The notes: a model not told the origin generated them from the letters alone. 64,000 nucleotides of DNA from an uncultured virus (IMG/VR IMGVR_UViG_3300031420_000005) (IMGVR_UViG_3300031420_000005); one strand, 5' to 3'; shown: positions 47,659-57,509, counted from the first letter of the stretch. A program made the numbers and translations.

Positions 47659-48042
47659 ATGGAGAAGGGTTACAGCGCCTACCTCAATGCCCTGGAGACC
47701 AGCGCTCTCAATCGCTCTGACATGCAGGTCTTCGGGATCTTCGAGGCCGCCACCAAGAAGGAGCTCCAGGCCCTGGTGGAGCCTCTGGGACTCAAGGTGC
47801 GGGGCTTCAAGAACAGCTCTCAGGTCACGCTCGCGAGCAGGGAGCTCCGAGGGCTTCCCGACGCTCCAGCCTACCTAAGGCTCGCTCGAAGCAACCGTAG
47901 CCCTCAGAGCTGGAGGCTCTACCTCCTCTGGGCAGGCAAGCGCTTCGAAATCGACGGGGAGCTCGACGGGAAGATCCGCAGCATCCTGGCTCGAGACGGC
48001 TCCGAGCTCATCTATTCCAACCCGGCACCCAGCGTAGGTTGA
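47659..48042 (+). CDS. hypothetical protein
   Basis: SD AGGAG. Confidence 0.7.
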   Translation: MEKGYSAYLNALETSALNRSDMQVFGIFEAATKKELQALVEPLGLKVRGFKNSSQVTLASRELRGLPDAPAYLRLARSNRSPQSWRLYLLWAGKRFEIDGELDGKIRSILARDGSELIYSNPAPSVG

Positions 48043-48113
48043 AGTTCTTCCTCGATCCGTGTAGCATGGATCTGATCGCAGTCTTTCCACAGCCCTAGAG
48101 AGGGAGTCCATCC

Positions 48114-48713
48114 ATGGCAGTCAACGAAGAGTCCGCAGTCGAGATCCCCCGGGCCATCCTCGAAGAGCTCATCGACGGGATCCGGAACTTCCCCACGGAT
48201 GACACCCGGGCTGCAGCCGATGCTGCCGAGTTCATCCTCCAGGCCACTCCCGCTCCGAAGGTCTGCGAGTCAACCCTGGAGATCGGAAGCTACATCCTCG
48301 CCTGTGGCAGGGAGAATGACCACGCCGGTCGCCACCAGGACCCCTCTCAGATCGCCATCACCTGGACGGATGAGCAGGCCCGGAAGGATCTCGCCTCGCA
48401 GCAGGACCCCGCTCCCCAGAGCCTCGGTCAGCGCATCCTCGAGGAAGTCGAGCCCTCGCTTCCAGTGACCCTGGACCAGCTCCGAGCCTGGCGGGATGGG
48501 GCCGAGCGCAAGCGTAGAGCTGCCAGCAAGACGATCTCGACCTTCGTGGCCTTCGCTCGCTTCTACGATGAGCACCGGGCCATCCTGGAGCCCGCACTCA
48601 AGCTCATGGGTCCCTCGAAGACCACTCCCCCGAAGCAGCTCCAGGACTGGGTTGAGCGCCTCGAGCGCGGCTCCTCGCTCAAGGGGCTCGTGGGCAAGTA
48701 CATCAGGGGCTGA
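48114..48713 (+). CDS. hypothetical protein
   Basis: SD GGGAG; C...C....H.G.H motif. Confidence 0.7.
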   Translation: MAVNEESAVEIPRAILEELIDGIRNFPTDDTRAAADAAEFILQATPAPKVCESTLEIGSYILACGRENDHAGRHQDPSQIAITWTDEQARKDLASQQDPAPQSLGQRILEEVEPSLPVTLDQLRAWRDGAERKRRAASKTISTFVAFARFYDEHRAILEPALKLMGPSKTTPPKQLQDWVERLERGSSLKGLVGKYIRG

Positions 48714-48827
48714 CTTCAGCTCAGTCCCCGGGGCAGCTTCGACGGATCGCCGTTGACAGCTGCCCCTCCTTCGTTGTAGGATGGTGCCATAGACCACCGC
48801 AGTCCAAGCTTCGAGAGGTTCCGCACC

Positions 48828-49277
48828 GTGTCCTACCGTGAAATCCAGCTCATCGACGGAGTCCAGTGCTCCGAGCTCGGCATCCCACTGGCCATGGGCA
48901 TTCGCTGTCCTCACCTCGTCGTGGATGGGGACAAGCCCCTGGACCCGATCAGCGGTCCTCGCTGCGGCGAGTGCCGGAAGCGCTGGGAACCCTTCACCGG
49001 AGAGCGGGGCTACAGCTGCCCGCAGTGCCACGCGCCGCTCCACACCACCCACGCCTACCGGGAGGATGTGGACGGCTACCCCGCCATCTGCTGGAGCCAC
49101 AATGCGCCCAACGGCTGGTGCCGGCTCCTGACCTACCCCGTGGAGGGCAACGAGCGCTACTACCTCGGAGCTCATGGCTGGGGTCGCTGGGAGGAGTACG
49201 CTGAGGATCTTCGCCGTCGGAACACCGAGAGCATCGAGTTCGAGGCTCACCTCCAGAGCTACCGTACCGCGGCCTGA
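48828..49277 (+). CDS. Cys-rich zinc-finger protein
   Basis: CGEC, CPQC and further Cys/His; TTGACA promoter at 48754. Confidence 0.7.
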   Translation: MSYREIQLIDGVQCSELGIPLAMGIRCPHLVVDGDKPLDPISGPRCGECRKRWEPFTGERGYSCPQCHAPLHTTHAYREDVDGYPAICWSHNAPNGWCRLLTYPVEGNERYYLGAHGWGRWEEYAEDLRRRNTESIEFEAHLQSYRTAA

Positions 49278-49293
49278 GAGGAGCGCCTAGATC

Positions 49294-49968
49294 ATGCACG
49301 GCTGGGTCATCGAGCACCTCTGGTTGCTCTCCATCCTATTCCCCATCGCAGTCGTTGCTGTGCTCGTGATCCACGAGTTCGGTGAGAACATCATCGACTT
49401 CTTCAGGGAGCTCTTCGGCCTCGAAGGCGCCTCAACACAGCGGAAGTCCTCGGAGCCCCTGGGCTACAAGTACGCCAACATCTCCCGGAAGCCGGGCAAG
49501 TTCGTGGGGCTAGCCAACGGAAAGCCCTACGGAATTAAAGCCGCTACGAAGCGAGAGTCCATGGGCTTCCACAGCTACGGAAGCCTTCGGAAGCTCCAGC
49601 AGAACATCAAGCCCTGGAGTCGAGGCTCGCTTCTTCTCGAAGTGCTCCACCATGGAGAGGTCACCGAGTATGAGGACGGCTGGGTGTCCACAGGGCAACG
49701 CGTGCTTCAGATCGCTCCAGCCGATGTCTCTTGCTGGGGTGGAAAGAGCTCCTGTAGATCTGAGGTAGAGTTCCAGGTAATCTTCGGCAAGCGGTTCTCC
49801 ATGCACTTCTGCCGGCCCCACCGGGCAGCCATGAGACCCATCCTGTTCTTCCTCCCCTGGACCAAGGTCGTCAACATCGGCCAGTGGATCGAGGACTTCG
49901 CGGCTTCGGCTGAGGCCGAGGGTGTGGCGGTCCGGAGGACCCGCCGGGAGCTCAAGGCTACACGCTGA
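49294..49968 (+). CDS. membrane-anchored hypothetical protein
   Basis: N-terminal TM; GFHSY...LLEV...G.V.EYEDGW. Confidence 0.7.
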   Translation: MHGWVIEHLWLLSILFPIAVVAVLVIHEFGENIIDFFRELFGLEGASTQRKSSEPLGYKYANISRKPGKFVGLANGKPYGIKAATKRESMGFHSYGSLRKLQQNIKPWSRGSLLLEVLHHGEVTEYEDGWVSTGQRVLQIAPADVSCWGGKSSCRSEVEFQVIFGKRFSMHFCRPHRAAMRPILFFLPWTKVVNIGQWIEDFAASAEAEGVAVRRTRRELKATR

Positions 49969-50017
49969 GCGCTGAGGCATCCCTCGCGCTGTCAGAGTCT
50001 TCAGAAAGGATGCTCCC

Positions 50018-50530
50018 ATGGAGCTCAACCACCAGGGCTACCTGATCCACTACCTCTCAAACCGAGCTGAGGCCTCCGGAGAGAGTCAGATCAGCGATCT
50101 CCACATCACTGTCCTCGGAGACATCGATGATGCTGCGGGCATCGGCCTCGCCGCGCTGAAGCCCCTGGTGCTCGACGCACCCCGAGGCGCCATCGAGCTC
50201 ATCCCAGAGACCGTAGAGGACTTCGGCCTCGATGGCCAGCACCGGGCGCTGACCTTCGGGGATCCCACGGGGCGGCTCCGGGAGCTCCACGAGTACTTCC
50301 TCGAGGGTGTTCGAGCCCAGGGCTTTCGGATCTCCCGGCCGCAGTGGACGGGCGCCAGCTTCCGGCCTCACCTCACCCTGGTGGGCGGCGAGCCGAACTC
50401 TCCGGAGACTTTCCTGCAGTCCCAGGGCGGAGGCTTCGAGCTCGACTCGGTGACCCTGGTGGACTCGATCTTCGACCGGGACTGGAACTTCCTCCGGGGC
50501 GAGCCCCTGGCCACCGTCCGGCTCGGCTGA
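50018..50530 (+). CDS. 2H phosphoesterase (2'-5' RNA ligase/LigT-like superfamily)
   Basis: Two HxT motifs: LHITV and FRPHLTL. Confidence 0.8.
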   Translation: MELNHQGYLIHYLSNRAEASGESQISDLHITVLGDIDDAAGIGLAALKPLVLDAPRGAIELIPETVEDFGLDGQHRALTFGDPTGRLRELHEYFLEGVRAQGFRISRPQWTGASFRPHLTLVGGEPNSPETFLQSQGGGFELDSVTLVDSIFDRDWNFLRGEPLATVRLG

Positions 50531-50745
50531 GAGGCGGAGCTTCAGCCCTCGAAATCGGCGCTTCTCCGATGCTCTCAGCCTGCGAAAAGACAGTCCTGAG
50601 CGCGCAGGCTAGAGCAGCGGCTACGGTGTGGCTCTAGGCTGCCTCTTCGGGGGCTACAGGCTACTTTTCTCCAGGATCGCGCTTTCCGATCACGATGGGA
50701 GACCGAGGGATTCTGACCAGAACATGGCCAATGGCGGCCCGGTGG

Positions 50746-50787
50746 TTGCGCAGCTTCAGCTGCGGTCATATGATGGTCTCACACCAC
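50746..50787 (+). promoter_or_regulatory. TTGCGC-class promoter with CACACCAC element
   Basis: TTGCGC-N17-TATGAT-GGTCTCACACCAC. Confidence 0.7.
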
Positions 50788-50822
50788 GCTCCACCACACC
50801 ACAGACTTCCAGGAGGTTCCCC

Positions 50823-51098
50823 TTGGTTACCACCACCGCTCAGATCGCCCACACCGTCACCATCGGCGCCGACTGGGAAGACCCCGGCAGCAGCTCGGCC
50901 GACTTCGAGAACGCCATCGTCGAGCTCGAGTACCGGCTCATCGACGCTCCCAATGTGAAGGAGAGCTACAGCGTCTGCACGACCTACGGTGAGACCATCA
51001 TCGGCTTCGCTCTGGAGTTCACCGACGGCACCCGGACCTTCGTGCTCAACGACGGCGAGCAGGTCCACTTCGACAGCGAGGGCAACCTCGTCCGCTAG
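50823..51098 (+). CDS. small acidic hypothetical protein
   Basis: SD AGGAGG, TTG start. Confidence 0.65.
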   Translation: MVTTTAQIAHTVTIGADWEDPGSSSADFENAIVELEYRLIDAPNVKESYSVCTTYGETIIGFALEFTDGTRTFVLNDGEQVHFDSEGNLVR

Positions 51099-51111
51099 GA
51101 CCTTCTTCAAG

Positions 51112-51363
51112 ATGACAGCAGCCTTCCAGATCAGCGACTCCTACGGGGTAGTGCTCACCGATACCGGTCGAGTGCTACCCTACGGTCCGTCGGGGGAGCT
51201 CATCGACTCTTCCGACAGCGAGGGGCTCCTCCAGCTCGTGCTCGCGGCGGCGGTGGAGCTCCGCGTGCTCCGAGGAGAGCTCGAGGGTTGCAAAGGCGCC
51301 TCCCATAGCGTAGCATCGAATCACACCACCGAATCGACCCCAGAGAGCGAAGATCTCCCATGA
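51112..51363 (+). CDS. hypothetical protein
   Basis: Operonic. Confidence 0.55.
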   Translation: MTAAFQISDSYGVVLTDTGRVLPYGPSGELIDSSDSEGLLQLVLAAAVELRVLRGELEGCKGASHSVASNHTTESTPESEDLP

Positions 51364-51716
51364 AGACCCTGACCACAGATTTCAGCTCCGAGGCCCTGGC
51401 AGCCGTTCGACAGAAGTTCGAGAATCCGGAGGTTGCTCTCGATGAGCTCCTCGAGCTGACCTGGTCGCTTCGCCGGCTCATGCTCACCACCGACATCTTC
51501 ACTCAGCAGGGTGCTCCCTTCACGGCCAACAACCTCGTTGACGAGGACGGAGTTCGCTACCCCTCGGTCGTCATCGAGAACTTCGAGCTCCAGGAGCGAG
51601 GCATCTACCTCTGGGTTGTCGGCGAGGAGTTCGAGCTCAACTTCACTGCCATCATGGGAGACGCTCAGGCCATCCTCGAGCAGTACATCCGGGAGCACCC
51701 GGAGCGCATGGGCTGA
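51360..51716 (+). CDS. hypothetical protein
   Basis: ATGA coupling. Confidence 0.65.
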   Translation: MKTLTTDFSSEALAAVRQKFENPEVALDELLELTWSLRRLMLTTDIFTQQGAPFTANNLVDEDGVRYPSVVIENFELQERGIYLWVVGEEFELNFTAIMGDAQAILEQYIREHPERMG

Positions 51717-51769
51717 TCGCGCTGCAGTCGGTATGGTGAGCTCATAGACCAAATCCCAAGGAGCTCACC

Positions 51770-52222
51770 ATGTCGCAGCACTTTTCCATCGGCCCGGACA
51801 GTCCAGCGCCGAAGTCCAACCAGATCTGGGGTCTAGGCTCAATCATCGGGGAACGCCAGAAGATCATCGGTGACCCCTCGGACTACGACGACATGGATGA
51901 GGTGGCTGAGGCCGTTCGAGCCTCCTTCGAGGAAGAGTCCGAAGAGGCTCAGTTCGGCCCAAGGTCCACCGCTAGCAAGCATGTCTTCGTCGGCCTGAGC
52001 AACGAGCCCGACAGGGACATGTACTACACGAGCTACATCCACATCGAGTTCGAGCCCAGCCAGGAGCAGGCTGTGTTCAGCTACCTCTCAGCGCAGGCAG
52101 AGCTCGTGGGCAACGATCTCTACGAGCTCGCAGAGGCGCTGGAGCCCCTCCTCGAGGACCTTCGACAGCAGCCCGGCGTGATCTCCGCTGGTCCCATTGC
52201 CTTTGCCCACCCCTGGAAGTGA
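51770..52222 (+). CDS. hypothetical protein, paralog of 52219
   Basis: HVFVGLSNE..DMYYT...IE..P.Q. Confidence 0.7.
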   Translation: MSQHFSIGPDSPAPKSNQIWGLGSIIGERQKIIGDPSDYDDMDEVAEAVRASFEEESEEAQFGPRSTASKHVFVGLSNEPDRDMYYTSYIHIEFEPSQEQAVFSYLSAQAELVGNDLYELAEALEPLLEDLRQQPGVISAGPIAFAHPWK

Positions 52223-52527
52223 CGACCATGACCAACCGAACCGAGCACATCCTCATCGGAGTCAGCGATGAGGGTAGCTACGACATGCGCTACACGGGCC
52301 TACTCTGCATCGAGCTCGACCCCGAGCAGCGAGTCACCGTGGAGGACTTCGTAGAGGGCTACCGAGGAGAAGCTCTAGCGAGCGGACTCTGGGGAGATGA
52401 GTACGATGAGGAGAACGGAGCTTCCTGGGGCACAGAGAAGTTTTGCCGGCAGTTCCTTGAGGATCTCCTCATGCACTCCGGTGTCGTTCGAGCCCACTTC
52501 CTTGAGTTCGCGGGAAGCTTCGAGTGA
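52219..52527 (+). CDS. hypothetical protein, paralog of 51770
   Basis: HILIGVSDE..DMRYT...IE..P.Q. Confidence 0.7.
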   Translation: MTTMTNRTEHILIGVSDEGSYDMRYTGLLCIELDPEQRVTVEDFVEGYRGEALASGLWGDEYDEENGASWGTEKFCRQFLEDLLMHSGVVRAHFLEFAGSFE

Positions 52528-52554
52528 CCGTTCGCCATCAGCGATAGGAAGGCC

Positions 52555-53397
52555 ATGACTACTTCAGCCTACGGCGCCCATCTCTCGGGCGGCAAGGATC
52601 TTCGACCATCGGCCGTCACCGCAGCCCGCATGGGCTTCGAGGCCTTCCAGGTCTTCCTCCACGGTCCCACGAGCAGTAGGATGCCCACGGGCACAGAAGA
52701 GTTCGACGGGCTCTTCAGGGATGCGGTGGAGCTCCTCAATGCCCGGGTCTTCGTCCACGGACCCTATCTCATGAACTTCGGCTCTGCCCGGGAAGAGGTG
52801 CGCTCGAGCTCGGTGGAGATGCTTCGCCGCAACCTCGACCGGGCCGCCACCATCGGCGCCGAGGGCGTGGTGTTCCACGGAGGATCGAGCACGGGTGCCT
52901 CCCGGCTCGAGGGCCTACGGAGGCTCCACAACAGCCTCATGCCCCTCCTCGACTCCCTTCCCGAAGATGGCCCTCAGGTCATCCTGGAGCCCACGGCCGG
53001 CCAGGGCGACAGCCTGGCCTCATCTGTGGACAGCATCAGCGACTATCTCCTCTCGACGCTCAACGGCCATCCCAAGCTCTCCCTGTGCCTTGACACCTGC
53101 CACCTTCTGGCTGCCGGAGAGCCCCTGGACGAGGAAGACGGCGTGGATCAGCTCCTGGAGAAGTTGAAGTCCCACGGGCTCTGGGATAGGGTGCTCCTGT
53201 TCCATGCCAACGACTCAGCCTTCGAGCGCGGATCCCACCGGGATCGCCACGCCAACCTGGGCTACGGCCACGCCCACCCCGAGACCTGGAATCGGCTCAT
53301 GGACACCGGTGTTCCACTGATCCTAGAGACTCCGGGAGAGCACTTCCAGTCTGACATCAGCATCCTGCAGGGGCTGCACGAGAGCAAGGAGAACTAA
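52555..53397 (+). CDS. nfo: endonuclease IV (AP endonuclease family 2)
   Basis: GAH, VHGPYLMN, VFHGGS, LEPTAG, LDTCH, HANDS, DRHANLG, LETP. Confidence 0.92.
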   Translation: MTTSAYGAHLSGGKDLRPSAVTAARMGFEAFQVFLHGPTSSRMPTGTEEFDGLFRDAVELLNARVFVHGPYLMNFGSAREEVRSSSVEMLRRNLDRAATIGAEGVVFHGGSSTGASRLEGLRRLHNSLMPLLDSLPEDGPQVILEPTAGQGDSLASSVDSISDYLLSTLNGHPKLSLCLDTCHLLAAGEPLDEEDGVDQLLEKLKSHGLWDRVLLFHANDSAFERGSHRDRHANLGYGHAHPETWNRLMDTGVPLILETPGEHFQSDISILQGLHESKEN

Positions 53398-53399
53398 CC

Positions 53400-53558
53400 A
53401 TGGAGAATCCAGCAAGCTGGGGACCAGCAGAGCGCACCATCAAGCGAGCCATGGACCGCTACGAGGAAGATCGAGCCAAGGGCGTCATCGGTCTCTCCCC
53501 CTACGCGGTGATCGCCAACGAGCTCCGGGCAGCCGGGCTCCTCGTGGCCCACGACTGA
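53400..53558 (+). CDS. small hypothetical protein
   Basis: Hand translation of 52 aa, SD AAGGAG. Confidence 0.6.
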   Translation: MENPASWGPAERTIKRAMDRYEEDRAKGVIGLSPYAVIANELRAAGLLVAHD

Positions 53559-53728
53559 TGGGCCTGAGACAGCGGCTCACACGCTCCACCGAGCGCCTCG
53601 AGGACCGCATCGAGCGGCTCCGAGCCAAGGGTGGAAGCCGCCGGGAGCTCAAGGCGGCGAAGCTCGACCTCAAGGCTGAGCTCAACCGCACCGTCCTTCG
53701 GGACTGGGACGACGAGCGCTGGGGCTGA
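53558..53728 (+). CDS. small basic helical protein
   Basis: TGATG coupling, 56 aa. Confidence 0.55.
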   Translation: MGLRQRLTRSTERLEDRIERLRAKGGSRRELKAAKLDLKAELNRTVLRDWDDERWG

Positions 53729-53730
53729 TC

Positions 53731-53865
53731 GTGGGAAAGAGCATCGAGGAGCTCCTCCAGAGTCGCCCAGTAAACCGAACCAAGATCGACGCTGAGAAGG
53801 CTCGGCTACTCGCACTCGTCGAAGAGCACCAGCAAGCACAGACAGAATCTAAGGAGAACGACTGA
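53731..53865 (+). CDS. small hypothetical protein
   Basis: 44 aa, stop coupled to ATG 53865. Confidence 0.45.
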   Translation: MGKSIEELLQSRPVNRTKIDAEKARLLALVEEHQQAQTESKEND

Positions 53866-54089
53866 TGGGACGCATCGACCTCAAGCAACTTCGAGCTGCC
53901 GTCGGGCGCGGGTTCAAGAAGTACGGTGAGAGTGAGCAGCTCAAGCTCATCCGCATCAACATCAAGCACTTCGAGAAGCTCGCCACTCGAGCCTACCGGA
54001 GTAGAGACATCGTGGGCTTCAACGCCCTGAGGGCCAAGGCCGAGCTCTGGAGGCAGGCCGAGGCCAAGCACCTGGCGGGGGCCGCCTGA
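53865..54089 (+). CDS. small basic protein
   Basis: SD AAGGAG. Confidence 0.65.
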   Translation: MGRIDLKQLRAAVGRGFKKYGESEQLKLIRINIKHFEKLATRAYRSRDIVGFNALRAKAELWRQAEAKHLAGAA

Positions 54090-54307
54090 TGGGGATCTGG
54101 GACCGGCTCGGCTCCGCTCAGAATCGGCTGTTCAACAGGCGGGCCAATCGAGCAGCCAACAGGCGTGCAACGCTCATCGCCAAGGCTGAGCTCTACGAGA
54201 AGATGGCCGAGCTCAGCGCCCTGGATGGCACCGCCCAGGGTGAGGGCACCAGTGAATGGGCCCGGGCCGAGGCGAAGAGGCTCCGCATCGAGGCAGAGCT
54301 CATCTAG
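54089..54307 (+). CDS. small basic helical protein
   Basis: TGATG coupling. Confidence 0.6.
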   Translation: MGIWDRLGSAQNRLFNRRANRAANRRATLIAKAELYEKMAELSALDGTAQGEGTSEWARAEAKRLRIEAELI

Positions 54308-54361
54308 GCTAACCGTTCGATAGGGTAACCACAGAACTCCAGCCCAGCGGAAAGGATCAGC

Positions 54362-54736
54362 ATGCTCGGCTTCAGCCTCACGATCAGTGAGCTCAAGGCA
54401 CAGCCCACTCGAAGGCTCCATCGCATCATCGAGGACGCAGCTGACCACAGGGAGATTCCTGGGATCATCCGCTACGAGCTCCAGGGTCAGCAGGTCAGCT
54501 ACATCGAGAAGATCACGCCCTGGTGGTGCGCTGGCAAGCTCATAGAGCTCGTGGAGGACCACCGGATCAACGGAGCCATCATGCTCTACCGGGGAGGATA
54601 CCCCTTCCTCTTCACAGTGCGAGGTCGAGACATCATCGACTCCATTGTCAATGTGGAGGGTAGCCGCCACACTGACCTGGTCCATGTGCTCCAGCCCGAG
54701 ACCATGTACCTTCTCGAAGCCTGGGATCAGAGCTGA
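54362..54736 (+). CDS. hypothetical protein
   Basis: SD AAGGA. Confidence 0.7.
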   Translation: MLGFSLTISELKAQPTRRLHRIIEDAADHREIPGIIRYELQGQQVSYIEKITPWWCAGKLIELVEDHRINGAIMLYRGGYPFLFTVRGRDIIDSIVNVEGSRHTDLVHVLQPETMYLLEAWDQS

Positions 54737-54794
54737 TCGCAGCCTTCCACCATTCATAGCCAACCAGCCTCCGAGGCTGAGAACGGAGCCTCCC

Positions 54795-55781
54795 ATGGCC
54801 TTCTCCATCGACCCAGCACTGCGCTTCTCCCCCGTGGTGGCCTTCGATGTGGACGGTGTGCTCCGAGTGCGAAAGATTCCGGAGCGCCGAGGATCCGCAA
54901 TCATCGAGCAGGGTGGGCTCATCGATCTGGAGATCACCCTGGAGCAGGAGGAGTATCCCTCCATCTACCACGGGCAGCCCAAGTGGGACGAGCGCGGCAA
55001 GAGCACCCGCATCGAGAGCTTCTCTCAGGCGGCAGTGGAGCTCATCCGCAGCCTGGCTGAAGATCCTCGCGCTGAGCCCGTCTACGCCACCACCTGGCAG
55101 CGCTGGGCCAACTACTACTTCAACTCGGCCCTGGATCTTCCGGAGCTCCCCGTGGCCGTCGAGACCCTGGATCCGCCGGAGCTCAACTACGCCCACTGCT
55201 CTCCCGCCTGGAAGACCGCCCAGCTCGCTCGACAGTTCGACGGTAGGCCTCTGCTCTGGATCGATGACAACATGCCGGACCGGGACAGCGAGGATCTCGC
55301 GAGCCTGAGAAGGCCCATCGACCGGGGAATCACCCGGAGCTTCCAGGTCAGCCCCTGGACTGGGATAACCCCAGAGGACATCGGGAAGATCATGGACTGG
55401 GTGGAGCTTGCGAGCACCCCAGAGGGCCAGAAGAAGCTCCGAGCACAGCGCCAGGCTCAGGTCAGCTACGAGCGCCAGCAGCTGGCCAAGTTCCTACGAC
55501 AGCGAGATCGAGAGCGTCAGGCCTTTGAGACCGTTCGGGATCGCACCCTGGAGCTCTACCCGGAGTACGGCAAGCGCTTCGCCACGGCCATCGGGAGTAT
55601 CGGCCAGAGCAAGCGTGGGCTCTCGGTGACCAATGTGACTCGGCTCCTTCAGCGCCATCCCTATGTGCCGATGGATCCAGCTGAGCTCGCCGCCAGCCTG
55701 CGGATTCCTCGCTACCACCTCCGGGATCTCAACGAGGCGGAAGATCGGGATGCTGGCTTCGACGAGCGCTACGACTTCTAG
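54795..55781 (+). CDS. HAD-family phosphatase (resembles the RNA-repair HAD_SAK type)
   Basis: AFDVDGVL, ATTW, WK, LLWIDD. Confidence 0.75.
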   Translation: MAFSIDPALRFSPVVAFDVDGVLRVRKIPERRGSAIIEQGGLIDLEITLEQEEYPSIYHGQPKWDERGKSTRIESFSQAAVELIRSLAEDPRAEPVYATTWQRWANYYFNSALDLPELPVAVETLDPPELNYAHCSPAWKTAQLARQFDGRPLLWIDDNMPDRDSEDLASLRRPIDRGITRSFQVSPWTGITPEDIGKIMDWVELASTPEGQKKLRAQRQAQVSYERQQLAKFLRQRDRERQAFETVRDRTLELYPEYGKRFATAIGSIGQSKRGLSVTNVTRLLQRHPYVPMDPAELAASLRIPRYHLRDLNEAEDRDAGFDERYDF

Positions 55782-55964
55782 GCCCCTAGGAGCCTTCCTG
55801 AGCGACTTCTAGGGTTCCCGTGCGTCATCGCTCGCCGGAGATCACAGTGCGCCTTAGATGGGCAGCTACTGTCGACTGACTTCAGCTGACGATAGGTGGT
55901 GCCGACGGTCTTCCTGGATCGTCTCTGAACTGGCGAGAACCAGACCACTGAAAGGACGGCCACC

Positions 55965-56993
55965 ATGGCCAAGAAGCCAAAGCGCGGAAGCTACCTCAAT
56001 CTCGAGGATGTGCGGGTCTTCTACGACGCGAAGTCGGACACAGTATCGCTCACTTCCGGCGGCAGGGATCTACCCGAAGCCGGTGGGCTGAAGATCGATC
56101 TCAGCCCCGGCACTCAGCCAGAGCGTCAGCTCCGAGAGCTCCTCAAGGTCAAGGGTGTGATTCGTGAGGATCTCTGGCCTCGAGTGACGCGAGGAGACAC
56201 CTTCGAGAGCATCGTGAGCTCACAGGAAGATCAGCTCCATCTCGGCACCAACATCAACGGTGAGTCCGTGGAGTGGAACCTCAACTCTTACCGAAACCTC
56301 TGGGTCCACGGGGCAACCGGTGGCGGCGCTTCTCTTCTCTCTCGAGCGGCTATTCAGCACGGATTCGTCCATGGCTGGGAGATCTTCGGCATCGATCCCC
56401 GTCGAGTAGAGCTCGAAGAGATCAGCAAGTACCCCGTGGGCAGAACAGTAGCCAAAGACACCCAGGAAGCACTGAACCTCCTCGACAGCATCAGCAGGCT
56501 TGCCGAGGAGCGCATCAGCTTCCTGGAGGGTCAGAATGTGTTGAGCACTCGAGACCTTCCCGGAGACCTGCAGCCACGCAAAGTGCTCCTCATCATCGAC
56601 TCAGTCGAGCTCCTCCTTGAGTCTGCCAGCCCCGATGATCAGGCAAAGCTTCTCGCGAGCCTCGAAAGGCTTAGCTGGCTAGGTAGGCCAGTGGGAGTTC
56701 ATGTGCTCCTGAGCTCCAAGTCTCAGCCTCGAGACCTCCAGCGCACTGACGCTGACGAGCTCAAGAAGATTCAGGCCTCCTGTGCCCACATCGTCTGCGG
56801 TAACTACTACCAGGATCGGCTTCCCGAAGGCCTGCGAGAGCGCTACAGGCCCAATCGAGGTCGAGGCATGGGTAGAGCTCAGTTCATTCTCGGTGGTCCA
56901 TCGATGGCTACGCTAGAGTTCCAGCTCGGTCTGGCTCTCGATGCGCCCAGAGAATTCATCGAGGCGCTGCGAGCCCACCGACGAGGCTACTGA
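55965..56993 (+). CDS. FtsK/HerA-like P-loop protein with degenerate Walker motifs
   Basis: LHLG, GATGGGAS (no Lys), IDPRRVEL, LIIDS, LGRPVGVH, GRGMGRA. Confidence 0.7.
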   Translation: MAKKPKRGSYLNLEDVRVFYDAKSDTVSLTSGGRDLPEAGGLKIDLSPGTQPERQLRELLKVKGVIREDLWPRVTRGDTFESIVSSQEDQLHLGTNINGESVEWNLNSYRNLWVHGATGGGASLLSRAAIQHGFVHGWEIFGIDPRRVELEEISKYPVGRTVAKDTQEALNLLDSISRLAEERISFLEGQNVLSTRDLPGDLQPRKVLLIIDSVELLLESASPDDQAKLLASLERLSWLGRPVGVHVLLSSKSQPRDLQRTDADELKKIQASCAHIVCGNYYQDRLPEGLRERYRPNRGRGMGRAQFILGGPSMATLEFQLGLALDAPREFIEALRAHRRGY

Positions 56994-57002
56994 CTCTTCC
57001 TA

Positions 57003-57050
57003 TTGACCTTCCTGGAGTCTTCGTGTATGGTCAACCGAAGACTCCAGGAA
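57003..57050 (+). promoter_or_regulatory. Promoter embedded in a 15-bp perfect inverted repeat
   Basis: TTGACC-TTCCTGGAGTCTTCG-tgTATGGTcaac-CGAAGACTCCAGGAA. Confidence 0.6.
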
Positions 57051-57065
57051 AGGGAGATCCACCTC

Positions 57066-57467
57066 GTGAAGAGAATCCTCGCGGCAACCGCTGTTGCCCT
57101 CGGCGCTCTGGCAGTGCTCGCAGGCTGCGCTCCGGCCATCACCGCCGGTACCATCGCCACCAAGCAGTACACCGCTGCCTACGACAAGATGGTCAACGAG
57201 TGCACTGCCCACGGCTATGTGCAGGAGTACGGCTACCACCTCGATCCCGCTACTGGCCAGTACAAGAACGGCTACCGGTCAGTCTACAAGTGCGTTCGCT
57301 ACGAGGATGTGAAGCACCACATCCCGGCGAGCTACAAGTTCGTGCTCACCGACACCGAGGGCGACAAGGAAGTGACCGCCACCTTTGAGGTTCCCAAGGA
57401 CATCTTCGAGAAGGCCCACGAGGGCTACTTCTACGACAGCGAGACCAAGGAGCTCTCGGCGCGCTGA
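57066..57467 (+). CDS. lipoprotein
   Basis: GTG start, lipobox LAGC. Confidence 0.75.
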   Translation: MKRILAATAVALGALAVLAGCAPAITAGTIATKQYTAAYDKMVNECTAHGYVQEYGYHLDPATGQYKNGYRSVYKCVRYEDVKHHIPASYKFVLTDTEGDKEVTATFEVPKDIFEKAHEGYFYDSETKELSAR

Positions 57468-57509
57468 TCCTGCGGGCTCGGAGATGCTGAGAAGCTCTGG
57501 GAAGTGTGG

